A stretch of DNA of 64,000 bases from Iphione sp. A-MEVVRFRX5 (taxonomy: Eukaryota), in NCBI GenBank assembly GCA_976226885.1, contig OZ320316.1, positions 51,336,001 to 51,400,000 on the forward strand, written 5' to 3'. This document shows, piece by piece, positions 12,901 to 27,900 of the stretch. Position numbers and translations under genes: made by a program. The notes beneath the pieces were generated by a model. It made no database searches. It was not told where the DNA came from and saw only the letters and a list, made by a program, of their open reading frames with translations. Numbering within the stretch: the stretch's first letter is position 1; each line of letters starts with the position of its first letter.

Positions 12901-15900
12901 CGACCATTGAGAATAAGTGAAAATGGAAGAAGGAGTAAGAATCGTCTGTCCTTTCCATGCGGCAGAGAGAAAGAGTATCAAATCATTGTCAAGATATAAA
13001 ATATAAATCTGGGAGGCTTTTTCCACAACTATGACTTTTTTCCTCTTAAGCAATCAAAAAAGTTGGTTTTCGAATATTTCTGTAAAGCAAATCCAGAATA
13101 CAACTGCAAAAATCAGAGTATGAACAATGATGATTACCTGGAGAAATGTATTAAAAATTGTGCAGGATGTTAGTTTGTACAGTTTTAAATCCATATTTCG
13201 TCTTGGACCAGAAGGCCGTTGGCTTCAACTGTTTGGGGATTGCACATAATCAAGAAACAACATGAGCTTCGTCTAGACTCAGACTAGAGTGAAAGCCTTT
13301 TACCAAAGTTAACACATGGCATGTACATGTACATGTATATGTAGTTTGTTGCGTTTTTTTTTTTTTTTGGGGGGGGGGGAATCATATGGTTGTTTGGACT
13401 ACATGTGTTCTTCTCTCTATATATATACACATGTATATACATATTCGTCGCCATGGTGTCTTAGGGGCAAACCGTCATATCAAATCAGTTGTTACTCGGG
13501 ATATATCAGCCCAACGGATAGTGGGCCTCCCTATTATTTTTTTACTTTTCGACCGGTCATTGCTGTAAGAGCAACGTAAAAATCTGAAATCAAAATCAGC
13601 TTGTAAAACAACCTAGTATATTCCTACTGAATTGTTTTACAGGAATTCAGAAATGTCAATCTTGAAAGAGCAAATGTGATTTTTTTATTCCTTTTTCAGA
13701 GACAATGTGCAATCTTTATCATTTTCTTTGGTCTCTTAAAATCCCTTGTTTTATCCATGTGTACTCATATCTATGTGTACTCTTATTTCCAATTTCTTTG
13801 TACATGGTCTTCCTTTACTACAAGACTTCCAAGCGTACCCTGTTCCCCAGAAAAAATCTGATTGATGATGATTCAAAACTTTTATGTGGCCATCTCTTCT
13901 TGCAGTGCGATCTGGCAGCCGCCGAGAATGCCAGCAGCAGAAGCGAATGGTGGTACAACAGACTCATGGTTTCCTGGCCTCGACGACGGCCGCCGACTAC
14001 AGCTACGGCAGTGCGCGTTGTCCCTGGTTGATCCAGGGTCAGCCGGGCCAGCGTGTCAACATCACACTCCACAACTTCGCTCGCTATCATCGACCGATGG
14101 ACAGCGGCGACGGTGGCGACGGCGGCGGCGGCGGTGGTACCATAGCAGGAAGTAGCGATCATATCCGGCCAGACGCCTGCTACGAGTTCGCGCTACTGCA
14201 GGACGGTGCCTCAAAGAAGAATATCGTCGGCTGCGTCGGCGAGGAGCGGAAGACGCATGTATATACATCCGTTGGAAACAGTGTGGAATTACACGTGTTG
14301 GAGCGTATCATTGCGAGCGACGCCGTCCACTTCATGATCGAATACAATGGTGAGTGACGTTCCTGTGCTTCCTTCAGATATGAATTGAATCCTTGTAAGA
14401 TCTGCCGACTTGTGATGACCAGATATCACTTTACCTAAGAATATAAATAATGCTAAGACTGCGAGTCTTCTCAGCAAATCCTCCCTCTAGTCATTTGGAA
14501 AAAAATATGTACGGGCAAAAAAAGCATGTGATTTAGCACCTGTTACACGCACAAACAACTACGCGGGGAATGCTTAACACCCGACGGAGCTTATTTTTGT
14601 GCCGTGTGGAATGATGAAAGATAAACCTGCCATCAAGGTAGTAAGGGCATTAACGTAGAAAAAACAATGTTCGTACTCCTTCTGTATTGAGAAGGGTTTT
14701 CCGAGGGAAAAGGAAGGCGGACAAGAAGCAGGTGCTCTTTTTTACTGCATTGCCTAATACGGGCTCAGTGCTGTATTCGCAATGTGCTCTGACACCGGAC
14801 GCAGCTGGGGCCGGAACACTACAGCAGCGCAATCTTCTTAGCGGTAAGGGAAGGTACTAACCGTAACTCGTGTTCGTAGGGAAGTATTCATTCTGCCCTC
14901 GTACGTCGTCTATTAAAATGACGGTCGCTGACTCATTCAAATTGACTTGCCGTCGAAGGTAGTCGTTCGGAGAAGGTGGGCCTAGTCGAGGGGAGTGGAA
15001 GGGGGAGGGGGAGTTTTACTGGCGAGTTCCATGAGTCTTGTTTCAAACCCGTCATCTTCGAGGCAGTTCCAAAATGCATTAGTCCTTTACCAGTTTCCTT
15101 ATCATGGGCATCCAGGAACCGCCGCACTTGCAAAACGCTACCGGATTACGTTTTGTAAGGGGGAGGCGGTTTAATCCAATATAGCGGCAGCGAAACATAC
15201 ATTACGTCGGCCCGCCTAGCCGCATCCGATGCCTCCTAATATCGTTACGTGATTCATATCGTGGCCGCTGTAGCGCGTGCCGGCTGCCTTTCTCTCCTCT
15301 CTCCCTCGCAGTGAGTGGCATCAAGAAACCTGACCGGGTGCCTGTGATGAGCGACGGTGGCTGTAATTCACGAAATTAGTGGGCACCCATTACCCGCCTG
15401 TCGTCCGCCGACTTACACACGATAAGACGGGCTCATACGCCATCAACGACGGATAGAGTTGGGCGACGGGTGGGCTATGTGTTTGAGGGGTTTGTGTGTG
15501 TGTGGGGGGGGGGGGAAGGGGGCTGAGTGCGGGGCTAGACGTGTTGAGGAGTGATGGCAAGACGCCCCGTCATGTTACCCGCATCAGGGATTAGCTCAGA
15601 GGCGCCTCTGGCGGTCGACGCGCTATCAGCAAAATGTGCATTAAACAAGGACGTCGCTTCACTGATCGCAATCGGGCCGCCTTCATTAAGCAAATTTCCA
15701 ACAAGAAAGCACGCATGGCTGCTGGTTCCTCCTTAAGGCCGACATAGAAATAATGCCCGCTTGGTACAACAGACGAGACCCTTCCACATTATCAGCCATC
15801 TAGCCAGCCAGGAAAGGGCTTGTTGGTAAAGTAAAGACTGAAAACGCCGCCGACACAGTCGTTCCCAATGGAAAGGTGAGCTGTCCACAGAATGTGTGCG

Positions 15901-18900
15901 GTGATATGGGATGACAGACGAGCGTGCCGGGATAAGGTGACCCCTGGTGACTTGCAGTTCGACAAAGATGTCCTTCAGGCACGCACAAAACGAGCATCAC
16001 GCTCTCGGCACGCGCCGACAGAGGATATGTCTGCAACGGATGGATGACACCGGGCACAGGGGTAGCTAGTCAAGAAAAAAAAACGAGGCATGGGTAGCAT
16101 GGTTGAAGGGACTGTGTCTGATGATCACTGAGGCAGCCGCAAAGAATGATAAAACATTGGTACTGGTTGTCAGTCAAATGCTAAGTAGAGATCAAAGCGA
16201 ATCTATTGTTCTTCTCCATCAGGATTCCGCCTGCCTCGCTGAATGCGATATTATCTGATAGCCAGCTTTTATTGCCCTTAAATGGCTCCCGTGTCACGCT
16301 CAAAAAGAAAACCAGGTATCCATTGAGTGGTAGTTCTCGTAGAGTCACATAGATATTCAGTCAGATCTAATGTATCAGAAGGAAGAATTTAGTCTTAATA
16401 ATCATGATAAATATGTGCAATTGTAGTTTCGCTAGACACTATCAAAATACGGAATTTTCCTCTTTAAGATAAGATAATAGACTATCATAATAGACTACCC
16501 ACCAGTTACAATATGCGGTTTCCTCTGATTATTGCACTGTAATGGCTTGTTTTAACCACCAGGGAGGGGTCAGTTGAGTAGAACAATCTGTCACGTGAGA
16601 CTTTATTTTATATAAAGTGATAGGTGATAACTACCAGATAACATATATAACATAATATCATTTATTTACATCTTTTTAAAATATAACAACTAATTCACTT
16701 TTCATTACTTCTGTATGTACAATTCAGGCTTTGAATACCTCCCTCAAGAGGCGAAACGTTGGATGATGAATAAATTTATCTCTTATATATCTTATCTTAT
16801 AGGCCTTCAATTTTAGTGTAAAGGTAATACAAGTAACATATACATGTAAGCCCCCCTAACAATGATGTACAGACATTTTTATGGTCCAGTCTTTGAATTT
16901 TTCCTTTTGTCGAAATTACGTCCATTTGTAAACATAGGTCATTTTAGTGCCTTTTAGAAAACGTAGGCACTATCAATATTGGTATGTAATTGTCTTCTCT
17001 GCCTTCCAAGAGCGTGTATGTATCTCAGTTTCTAATTAAGAGAGAAGAGAGAACTGTTCGTTTAATAAATGGCAAAGTCAAGTGGAATAGTCAATATATC
17101 GCTAAGACATATGAGTTGCCGCTCTTGCTTGGTGTGTGTAATATGTTCGTTCCTCTATTATCGCCACTCTGTGCTTAATGGCAAACCTGCCGCCCTGCTA
17201 CTAGCATCTGACACGCACTTATCTCGTTTTTTCCCGTTACAGTCATAGGTTGTCCCACGCTTCGGGCGCCGCCTGGTGGGACTATCCGGCATGCGGGGTC
17301 CCACGTGACGGTGCGTTGTAACCAGACGGAAGAGGTCTGGTACTTGACATGCCGCGACAACCGATGGGTCGGTGAGCAGGGCAACTGTACCCTAGGTAGG
17401 ACGTCAGATTTTACTACTGCTGCCGCAGGTTTGCTATGCTTCTCTTTGGTCTATACTAAACTTTACTATGTCACACCGTGCAATTTCGGTGCTCTCTTCT
17501 CTGGTAGAAAAAAAGTGTCTTCTACGCATTCTAGTATCAGATATTGTGGAATGTTCGGTAATCTCTTGGAAATTTTGTAAAAAGTTCGACTTACACATAC
17601 CGAGAGTAACGCTTCCTTTATATTAAAAGAACTAGTATATAAATCACCTTTTGAAGTATGGAATTTCAGCTACCCTCTCATTGTTTAATCCCCGTTTTAA
17701 CAACGTATTCTGGTGCGTAACAGGATCCATATCGCTTTCAAAGCGCCATCAGACCGAGGCAAGAGAAATGTGAGATAAGATCAAAGATAGGTCCTTACCT
17801 CGTGAATTTAATGAAATTAAATCGCCTTGAAGCGACATCTCCATTTACAAAACTGCAGACACTAAAGGTAATATGCTGAGTGCAATATGCGATATGAGTA
17901 ACATGTTTAGGTAGGCTACAGGGCAGGACACATTTAGTTTCTACTCATAAGGAACTAAAATATGGACAATCTAATACATGACATAATTTAGTATTCCCTT
18001 TTGACTGGTATGGCTGTGAGATGTCTGTACCATTCCGTCACATTTAGCGTAATTCTAGTCCATCCCGCGTGCCTTATTCTAATCTCCCTCTGATGTTAAC
18101 TTCATAACTAATGTCTTTACGTAAGACATACGACACCGTCTGCTACGGTACAGATTGTACAGAAATAATCCTCATTGCAAAGTGCCCGTGGCTTTGTATG
18201 GCCACTGAATGCATCTAGACAGTACGTGGAGAGCAAACCTAAACCAGATCCATGTTGGCGCTCCACATCCATCCGTCATGGCAGTGTAAATAGATCCTTT
18301 CTTAGACAGCCTAGGGGCCTGCTAGTAATTAGTTCCACCGTCAGGGGAACCCGACTCCGAATTGACCTGTCTATCACAGAAGAATCGTCATCTCTGGGTT
18401 CACATTACGCCACAACAGGACGTTACTCGGACCTCTCCTCTGGGTGCACAGACTTCTGACGTTGGCAGGACGGGCGGGACTTCGCCAGTACATAATCCTG
18501 ACCTCCTTTCTCCCCTATTGGTTTGTTTTTCGGTGTTATCTGCACACCCATTGATGAGAGTGTTCTCCTCTACTCCGCTTAATTTGTGGCCGTGAAATAC
18601 ATGTAGTGGCCTTCAACATTCACGCGTTATAATACTCTCTACACTCATTAAAAACAAGCATACAGAGTCAACTCAGAATTAAGACGACAAATGGGACCAG
18701 ACAAAGTTGCCCTTAACTGTGAGTTCCCCTCTTATCCGAACTATATCATAAAAATTATACTATGGGGATCAACTACACTTGCCATTAATCCTGAATTGCC
18801 CTCTTAGTTTAATTACCCACAAGGTGAGTTCCTACTGTAGGTTCAATTTGGTTATTTTCAATTTAGGCAGTTTACAGTCACTGATAATCCAAGTAGGCTA

Positions 18901-21900
18901 ATATACTCAGGGGGTATCAGTACTAAAGATTGTCCTTGATGTCCCTTCTATCTCCTATTAATGGTTATGGTCTAGATGTGATATGCAACAGTGTTAGGAA
19001 GATGTCTCAAAGTCTGGTCCAATTTTCATGAATTATCCATACATGCAGTTTTAATTGGTAACTTGTGGCTAGGGTCGTTTACCAGAACCAATCATGCAAG
19101 TAGGCCAATACTTACGAGGCATCTGTACTGACGATTGCCCAGGCCTTCCCTTTATCTGTCCCTTCGATCCCCTATTAGTGGCCTTGGTCTCCACCTGATA
19201 TGCAGCCGCGGCTACAATGGGCCGCCAGTCTAGTTTAATTGTTATGAATTGTCCCGGCCTAATGAGGTCACTGAACTCGGCAGATTCCCCGAGCAGCTCG
19301 AATTCTTATCAATGAGCTCCAATTGTAGCTGGTGCCAGCGTTAAGATTGTATCGACCGAACGCGGGATATGACCACACAGAGAAACCAGCTCTGAATGAA
19401 GAAATCTGCTTAGTTCCCGTTGGAACCAGTGGCTATGGGGTGTCCCTTTCCCTTCCATGTTGTCTACAGTGATTCACTATAAATCGGGTGTATGTGCCTG
19501 CGTTGCGGAATGAGACGACGTGGGGAATTTGTTTCCTTGATATAAGAAAGCTGATATCACAGTGAACCAAATTCCGTGGTCGAAAATCCCAATATTCTTG
19601 ATGTCCTTGTATGTTCAATTATGTCGGAGAACCTCTTTCCCTCTGAAATTGACGTCCTGTGCGTAACGCCAGAAGAGTGCCTCAGAGGTAAGGCCATGAG
19701 TCATAAAAAAGGTGTATGAGCCCTCAGTGTCTGCCTTCGCACAGTCACCTTAGACAGTGTCCAAACTGTATTTAAAACGGTCCATTCAATATTTATGCTC
19801 AGGGCCTCAATCTCTCAAAGAGCCCAGTGAAGTGAAATACATCTCGAGTTATGTCCTCTTAATTTTAGCTTATACCCATAGCACCCTATCGGGTCCAACT
19901 TATTCTGCAAGCGACACTGAATTTAAAAATTAGGGCCAAGTGACCATTTAGCCGAAGATTTTTGGTTCTTGGTTTGAATATTAGGTTTTGTCCCCAGGAA
20001 TTGCGTCTGGTTTCCGACGCCATCCAGACGGAAATTTTCCAATCACTGGCCTGATTAAAGCGCCGGCCTGCTCGTCCTTCGTGCGCCACATTATTTCCTC
20101 GCAGAATTAATGTTGTGTGCTCGGCGCGGGGTCTCGTCTCCAAGCTTGGTGCTTCCTTCGCACCGCACCCAGCGTGCAACCCTCCACGCGCCTCATCGTC
20201 CTTCCCCTTTCTCGCCGAAAATCTTATTATTTATCGCGATCTGACGCGAGATCTCAGAGAGACTGCACCTATAATGGCTTGCTGGGCGTATGCGTCCGAG
20301 AAGATGGGCTGCCTTTGTTTCCAGGCTATTCCCGTTCTCTGTTATCGATGGCTGCGACTGTCATCCAGTCAGTTGCAATTGAGGACAACGGGGATCAGCA
20401 AGAAATCCTCGGAAGATCTTCTCAAGCATCCAGTCGGTCGGAAATGTATTGTTCCTGGACAGCGCATTTTGAAGAGAAAGGACTATTTTGATTTACGACT
20501 TGATGTAGGTACATTTGCCACAAGTCTTAAGTCACTTGTACAGGAACATGGGCTGATGTAAACTCAGTCAATTTTTTATGAAGCAACTCATATAGGAACA
20601 ACGCGACCGTGTGTGTGCGCATGTGTGTGTTTGGTCTAAGTAGAGAGTAGAAAAAGAACGATAGAGAAAGAAAGCAAGAAGACATGATGACTGGGAATAC
20701 AAAGTACTGGGACGGCAGAGAACAAGAAGAATAAAACGAGCTAACGGTATTAAATTTACGAAACTTTTTGATAAGCGAAACATGAAAACACGCATACTGA
20801 TACCATTCCATGCACAGATATGCTAAACAAAAGAATGCATAAACTACAACTATGATCAATTTGAGAGATAGTGTGGACCGCCTGCCTTTAACTGAAGAAC
20901 ACAAGACAGCCGAATTGATGCATTCTACTACCGGAATGCATTTAAATACCCCTCTTAGATCTATTTTTCACTTTCTACATACATTTAATGTAAAGTGGCT
21001 TGATTGCCATTCATAAATGGATTGGTGTTGGTTACAAAGCTTTTTTTCCATTCATGGCCACACGACTGCCTTTTAATGCACACTTCTTTCATCAGAAGCT
21101 CTGACCTTCGCAAAACCTTGACTTTGCGGCAATATTTGAAAACAGTCTCGGTACGCTATTATCTTATACATACAGAAGGATGTTGATTCAATGTGACGGA
21201 AAGTTCAGAAAATATCTATTAATACTTCGAAAGGTCTGCAATAATAGAAAATCCTAAACGTATGAAGGTTTAGTGTTTTCAAACATAACGATAACCTTTA
21301 AGAGACGATTACTATATGGTCCGACAATGCACAGTAAAAGGGTCCGTACCATCTGGGGCCTCGACGGAAAAAAACACTACCTATCTGCTTTTGTGTTAGA
21401 TATCAGTTTTTATTATCAGACAGAGGCAGGTTGGTATTGTTCTGGTATATCTCAAATAGGCGTGGTGATAACAGTACCCTGGTCTGTTTGAAGACAACCA
21501 AGCAGTTGCCCTTCGCTCAGGCCACCAAGCAGCTACAATGCTGGCCATGCCGCCGAGGCTGGGGCCTGCCGCTGTCGATTGTTTTAACCGCCGCATCATC
21601 TTCTTTGATCTGATGGGTCGCTGGTAATTGATAACTTGGCTAAATATTGATAGTCACCAAAGAGAAGAAAAGGGAGCTACGTGGGAAGGAGGCCGCAGGG
21701 AAGCAGACAAAGCGTTTCTCGGCGGCTGGCTTCATCGAGGAAAGCCTATATCAAAGGCGCCGATGTAAGATGCGCGGGTATTCATGTATGTCTGCGTGTC
21801 TGCATTAATGGCGGGACTTAAGTGGGCCCTGCCACTTAAGCCTTTTTTGTTCTTGTGATTGCGACCAACGGCGCTGACAGGCGACCGACCACTGATGAGC

Positions 21901-24900
21901 GGGCGGCTCAGATCATGGCGGACTGATTATGACTGAACGACGGAGGGAAGTGGAGATGGATGTGTAAACTGAATACAGAAAGGCCATCAGCTGTAATGCA
22001 CGCTGACCGCAATGGGCTTCTCAAACATGTCATGATCGACAAAACGAGATGCAGTGCGTACTTAGTAGACGCCATGAGCTAAATATATAGTCATGCAGAA
22101 TGTTCCCAGTCTGGAAACATGGTATATGTGTGCTTTCGCTTGGGATTTCATCGGCCGTGAGTGGCTTTGGGTTACAAAGGTCTGACTATAGCATTTGATG
22201 TAGACAGACGGAACGAGAGGTCAGTGACATCAGGCGATGGCACAATGGCTCTGCTGGCATTTTGTCTTGTTAGTGATGTGAAAATGGGCTAAAGGCGCGC
22301 ACACAGAGAGTGAAGATAGGAAATATTATGTTATGTCTGGCTGCACTTCGGATGGGCCTTGAAAACATCATCGAGCCCGAGGGTATGTGACAAGCCTGAC
22401 AGCTGCGCACTCTGCCTCCTGGTGTCTTCTAATTCGTGACGTCGGAGGCTAGCCTGTCACGACGCAAGCGCCATCTAGCAACGAGCCTTCCTACGTCATC
22501 TTACAACGGCTCCAAGTGGGGACACGGTGGTTGGTCGGAGGGTGAGAACGTAGGTGGAAAAAGGAGGGGTAGGTTGGTGTTGGTGGTGGGTGTACACAGA
22601 CGATCATCTTCTTGTCGTTCTCTCTGGCAATATTTGCCGATGCCCAAGTCACTGCCATTGCGTGGCGACAGGCGGCGCTAGCGTCAATAATACCTAATGG
22701 CCATTCTCTATCCCCGTGGAGGAGTAAAAGCCAAGGTAACATGCGCCACTGTCGTTTCTTCTCTAGTCCCCGGCCCCCTCCAACTGAGTCCCCGGAGGAG
22801 GGTGTGAAGGATAAGAAGGCGGGTAACTGTAGAGGTGGGTGTCCCGATTGTCATTCCTCCTACTAGGGTTGGTGTTGGCAGCTGTGATGGTGATGATGGG
22901 TGATGGGAGCCCCACCGGTGGGTGTGGCATACGTCGAGCCGTCGAGATTGTCAATTAAATCAAGGCTGCCCGAGCGCAGGCGCCCAGCGTGAGACACGAG
23001 ATAATGATGGATCCACGGCCTGGGCGCATCTTCTCCACAGGAAGGGAATCCTGCCTCAGGGAGTCCGCAAAGGAAGTCCTTGGTCATCCAACAAGCGACA
23101 AGCCACCTCCTGCTTGTCTTAGACTTACAGTATGTCGTTGTCAAGGGGAGTCCAAGTACTGAAGTAGATTCGTGTGAAAATTTCTCATCTCAAGGTTTCG
23201 GACAAAGAGAATAGAATTTTAAGGATCGTTCCAGTAGAATCCCCGCAGACAGTATAGCCATTCAAATGACCTTACTCGATCGGACTTTTCATGCTCCATA
23301 CACATTAATTATTTATTGGTAATTAAACTGAGACATTCTCTTCCCGATCACAAGGTGCTTGAATATGAAAGTGGGTTCGTAAATTAAAAGGTGTTACTAT
23401 TCAAACGCCTGCCGCGGAGAAATCAAAGCCTTCCCCTGGAGGAATGTGAATTCCCAACATTTGCAGGAGGCGGACCGCATCATTACGACGAAAAGAAATT
23501 AATTGAATCAATATGAACTGAAGGGTCGAAAGGAAGATTCCCTCTTCCTATCCGCACCAGAGTAGCTTAGAGCTTAGTCGTGCGCCTTGAGTAGATGTTG
23601 TTAAGTGAAGAATTGGAAGTTTTTATAAATAGCAAAAACATAAATGAAAGACCAAGGGGATTAAATGAAAGCGAAATGCTTTCAAATGGCTTGCTTGACG
23701 GATGCAGTGTGGCTCTATCTTCTTCAGTTAGATGGCAAGGATACATGTAGTGTTAATTAGATTAATAAAATAAATACATTGTGTATGAAAGGAAATTTGA
23801 CACTCAATATATATATATATGTATGTGCGTGTTCCTCGTTTACGACTATGCTTCGGTAATGCTCAAAGTGTCTTCTGAAAGCTTGAATATCTGAATCATA
23901 TATTGATGTCGTCAGTACAATGTTGATGGCCGTTTTCTTCCATTAGTTCTATATTTTTCTCTCGATAAAGGTAGTTCCTATGTAAAGGTACCTTTTAAAC
24001 TTTAAAGCTTTTAAAGCTTAGTAACCATCTTCAAAGCGTGTATAGGTGCCATGTGCCATGCACATATCAACATTGTCTGTAATGTTCTAATAATGTTTGT
24101 CTGCCTGTCTGTCCAGCTGCCTGTCTACTTGTGTGTCTGTTGTCTGTCTGTTAAGCCCACTTTCCATGGGTACAGATTATTGTTTCCGTATTCCATGCTC
24201 ATCCAAAAAATGAACCCGTTTTCCGGAGGAGAGACAAGCATATGGACCCCACCTTTCCATGTGTATTGGTGCAGATATGTGCTGTAAAGCGCTGTAATCA
24301 TGTTCCTACTCTGTCGGAGTCTGGAGTCCAGAGTCATGGTTAATTTATGGCCCGGGATCATTTTCGGTCTCCGGATGGCTCCAGACATGGAGCACAGAGG
24401 CCATACTCATGGACTGGCTTCAGGCAGAATACCTTAGATCATTTTTCCAGACTTCTGTATCCATGGTATGGAGCAAAGGTCTGGCTACATGGAAAGCGGT
24501 CCTTAGTCTATCGTTTATCGCCTGTTTCCACGCTTCTGTCTGTATTCGTTTGACATATTAATCACCGAATCGTTCATCTCTGTGTCATTCCTTTTGTATT
24601 GCTTTACCTCATCTTTTACAATTCATGCACATTCAAACTCAACGACTTTCCTTCGATTCCGTCTGTGCATATTCCAACAAGATTCCCCGGTGCCAGTCTG
24701 AATCGCATCTTAGTCCCATAGTCCTCCTGGCCGTCCCTGAGCTGCCCACCAAAACCCGATGAGGCGCTCATTTCTCCCGGGAGAACCATGTTATCGATCT
24801 TTGTGTTTACTTTCCTTGTAGCTGGCACTTGGAATATCGGGACAATATTTGGCTCGACGACGTCATTTCCTTACGGTAAGTAGATACGCCCACAGTGCGC

Positions 24901-27900
24901 CGCCTCTTCCCCTTACCAAGCCGCCGGCAAACTGGGCCTCAAGAAGACGCTTGTTTGAAATTCATGACTCCGCCTGCCTCCAAACGCTCTCATAATATTG
25001 ACCAACCGGCTGGCCTGACAGTAGACACATATATATCACTCAAGTGGGAAAAAGTGACCAAAATTCGGACCGTGCGCCACAGCTAAATCTAGTTTCCGGA
25101 AGATCTGTAGGCCCCATCATAATTCACTCTCTTCAACAAGAGGACAGTTAATCAAAGTTATGCAAGTTCTATTAATGTGTGTTTAATATCTTGGGGGTTA
25201 TATATATCAACACTAATACTATCATTAGCATGTATCACTAGGCCAGATTAGCCAAAATTAGAGGAATCTTCCAAAGGAAGGAATTTCTAAACTTGCAGAT
25301 TAGAATGAACTTTAAGCAACATTGGAATTCTCTTTGATAATTATTTCAGAAAGGAATCATACGTTATTTTGAAGCAAATCGCTTCTTTCCCAAGACCTTG
25401 ACATGTTTTTGGGTATACCACATTGTCAATTATTTCAATTTGAATACCAACTCCCACTTTATATATACATGTACATGTGTATATATATATGCATCTCATA
25501 TGTTAAGTGTAAATCAGAAACACATTTTCTTCTTTACTGCACCCCATCAAAATCATAATATTTGTGCATTCAAGCATGGATTGTAATGATGAGCCCAACT
25601 GTATTATCTATCCCACTATCTCATTAAAAGCATACACTGCTTTAGAACATGTAGCTATTTAGAGTCATTTAAATTAATGTTTCTACATAAAGAAGGGTAT
25701 GGTATAAGAAGAATCAACAGTTCATCTGCTGTGCCGAAATGCCATTCCGTAGCCAAAAAAGTATGAACGTATTGACTACAAATATACATGTATTACATTG
25801 CTTACCTCTCCTTTTTCGATCAAGTAGCTACGTATGGTCAAGAAATATCACTCATATATGTGCCATATATGATCTTTATCCTATATTTGTACTGGACATC
25901 ATATTTTCGAATCATAAATCTCCACAATAAAAATAAATAGGGTCTTCTGTGTTTATCAAACTCGGAGACGGGGATGCGAGCGTTTCCTGGCTTAGGGGTT
26001 ACTAGCACTCCAAGCGCTAAAAGTGATTTTTGCTAGGAACACCTACATTTGATTGCTAATATCCTGTTTTTACCATCGCCCAAGTCACAAAAAAATGACA
26101 ATTTTCCACTGAACTGGCTAATATTGGTTTCATCTTTATGTAACGACTGCATATGGCCATTACTTTCGCCTTTGCAATCAAAACCATTGGATATCGCAAT
26201 GTACACAAGCGAAAAACTGTTAGGACATCAAGAATCCAATAGGTGGCAGGGGTGTCGCCATGAACGCCCACGCTCCTAGCGGTAGTATCTGGCATTTAAT
26301 CATAATGTTCCCGTTTCAGGCATTCTCGTCGTCGTCGCCATTGGTGTGGCACTGGGTGTGTTTTTCGGAGGACTTTTGTTATTCGGAATAAATATCTACA
26401 TGAAAAGGTAAGTTCTGATTAAAAGAGAAGTTCAACTAGATTGCGTTGATAAGTACACAAATACCACGAACGTGCATGTATGAAGGGGATGCCCCTGAAA
26501 GCATACACGGGGCATAATCTAGAAAAAATGAAGTGAAATTACAAATCTGTAATGGGATCTTGATGATAAACAACCATCTCAACCTATTTACAGTCATATA
26601 GTCACATTCTTTAAACATTTTCGTCTAATTTAGATTTACCCCTAGGACGTTACATAATCGCACCAACTAGGTGCATTTTAACATTAATCTTTTCGGTGAA
26701 TATGTAATATGATTGACTCTTGCCTATTGTACATACTATCTAAATGTATTCATTTCATCTCATACATCAACCCATTCTCACAATAATAGTCAGTGTGAAT
26801 GGTGTAATGAACTCCTCTGTACGAAAACAGCCGTGGTAATGGCTAACGGACGGAAATAAATTGTTTCTTATCTTATCTTATCTTATCTTATTTTGTTCTC
26901 AATCTTTTTTTCGGGTATGATTGCTATATTCTTTCAGAATGGATCCCATAATTTGAAAACCTTGTGTGCATGAAAACGATACGACGAATGAATTATGACC
27001 AAAGTCCTTTGTTTGCAAGAAAATGTGGGAGTTTGGCAATTAGTGCGTGATCAAGAGGGGATTATATATATATATACTTATAATAAATTTGTAACAAAAG
27101 ATGTTTGGCTTAGATCTTGTATGAAAAATGTTTTTCATCTTTCAAAATGCAGTGGAGACCCCCGTAGGAAACCATGCTTCGAACTGGACAATTTTGGCCC
27201 TTCGTACCATTTGGTCGCATCAGGAGTAATCTTAATATTGATTTAAATGTGTTCTGGTCTTGGCCCCTTTCCTGCTTTGAGTTCACTCATATGTGGATCA
27301 TTCTTTTGAAATAGATCTATATAATTGCGGGGGCTGGGTGGGATTGCTTAGGTAGCTGTGTCTGTGCACGTGCGTTGGTGCTGCTTAAACCGTATCAGAC
27401 ATGCTCCACAAAAAGTCACATTTATATGAGACAATGATATCAGTGACAAAAATATCCTCCCTCCCGCCCCCATGCACGGTAGCATCTTAGATCTTAGTTG
27501 TTGAACACTCCGCTAGATGGAAGCACAGGTTACTGTCAGGTCTTGTTATGATTCATGGTATGTAGGGTCGATGCGTCGCCACACCTCTTCGGTGTCATAA
27601 CCCTGCGTCCGCCACAAGAGAATAAGTAGCTTTAATCTGTATCTATGTGAAATATGATAGGCCTATCTTGGCCTATGTCTATCAGGGACGTCTTCTGCAG
27701 AAAAATAAATAATTGATTGATGACAGGTGGTTCGGGTCGCTGATAACTGGCACGGTCCAAGACACATCAGAAAGGTATGAGGTAGAGGGTTGGGCGGATC
27801 GCCGGTGGCTGTGCACAGCTGTGATCGCTCTGATCATTCCTTGCAGCCAATGAAAAAAAACGCCCATTGTTCTCATCTTTACTGACCAAACTACCGGTCT

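Noticed and set aside
20115-20561. Overlapping ORFs containing GRKCIVPG, reminiscent of a THAP N-terminus
   Set aside because: The remaining THAP residues are missing in frame and no TIRs were identified.
22436-23170. GC-rich intronic island with a minus-strand ORF ending in a His tract (22863-23144)
   Set aside because: No recognisable domain or consistent exon chain; overlapping ORFs in several frames are expected at this GC content.
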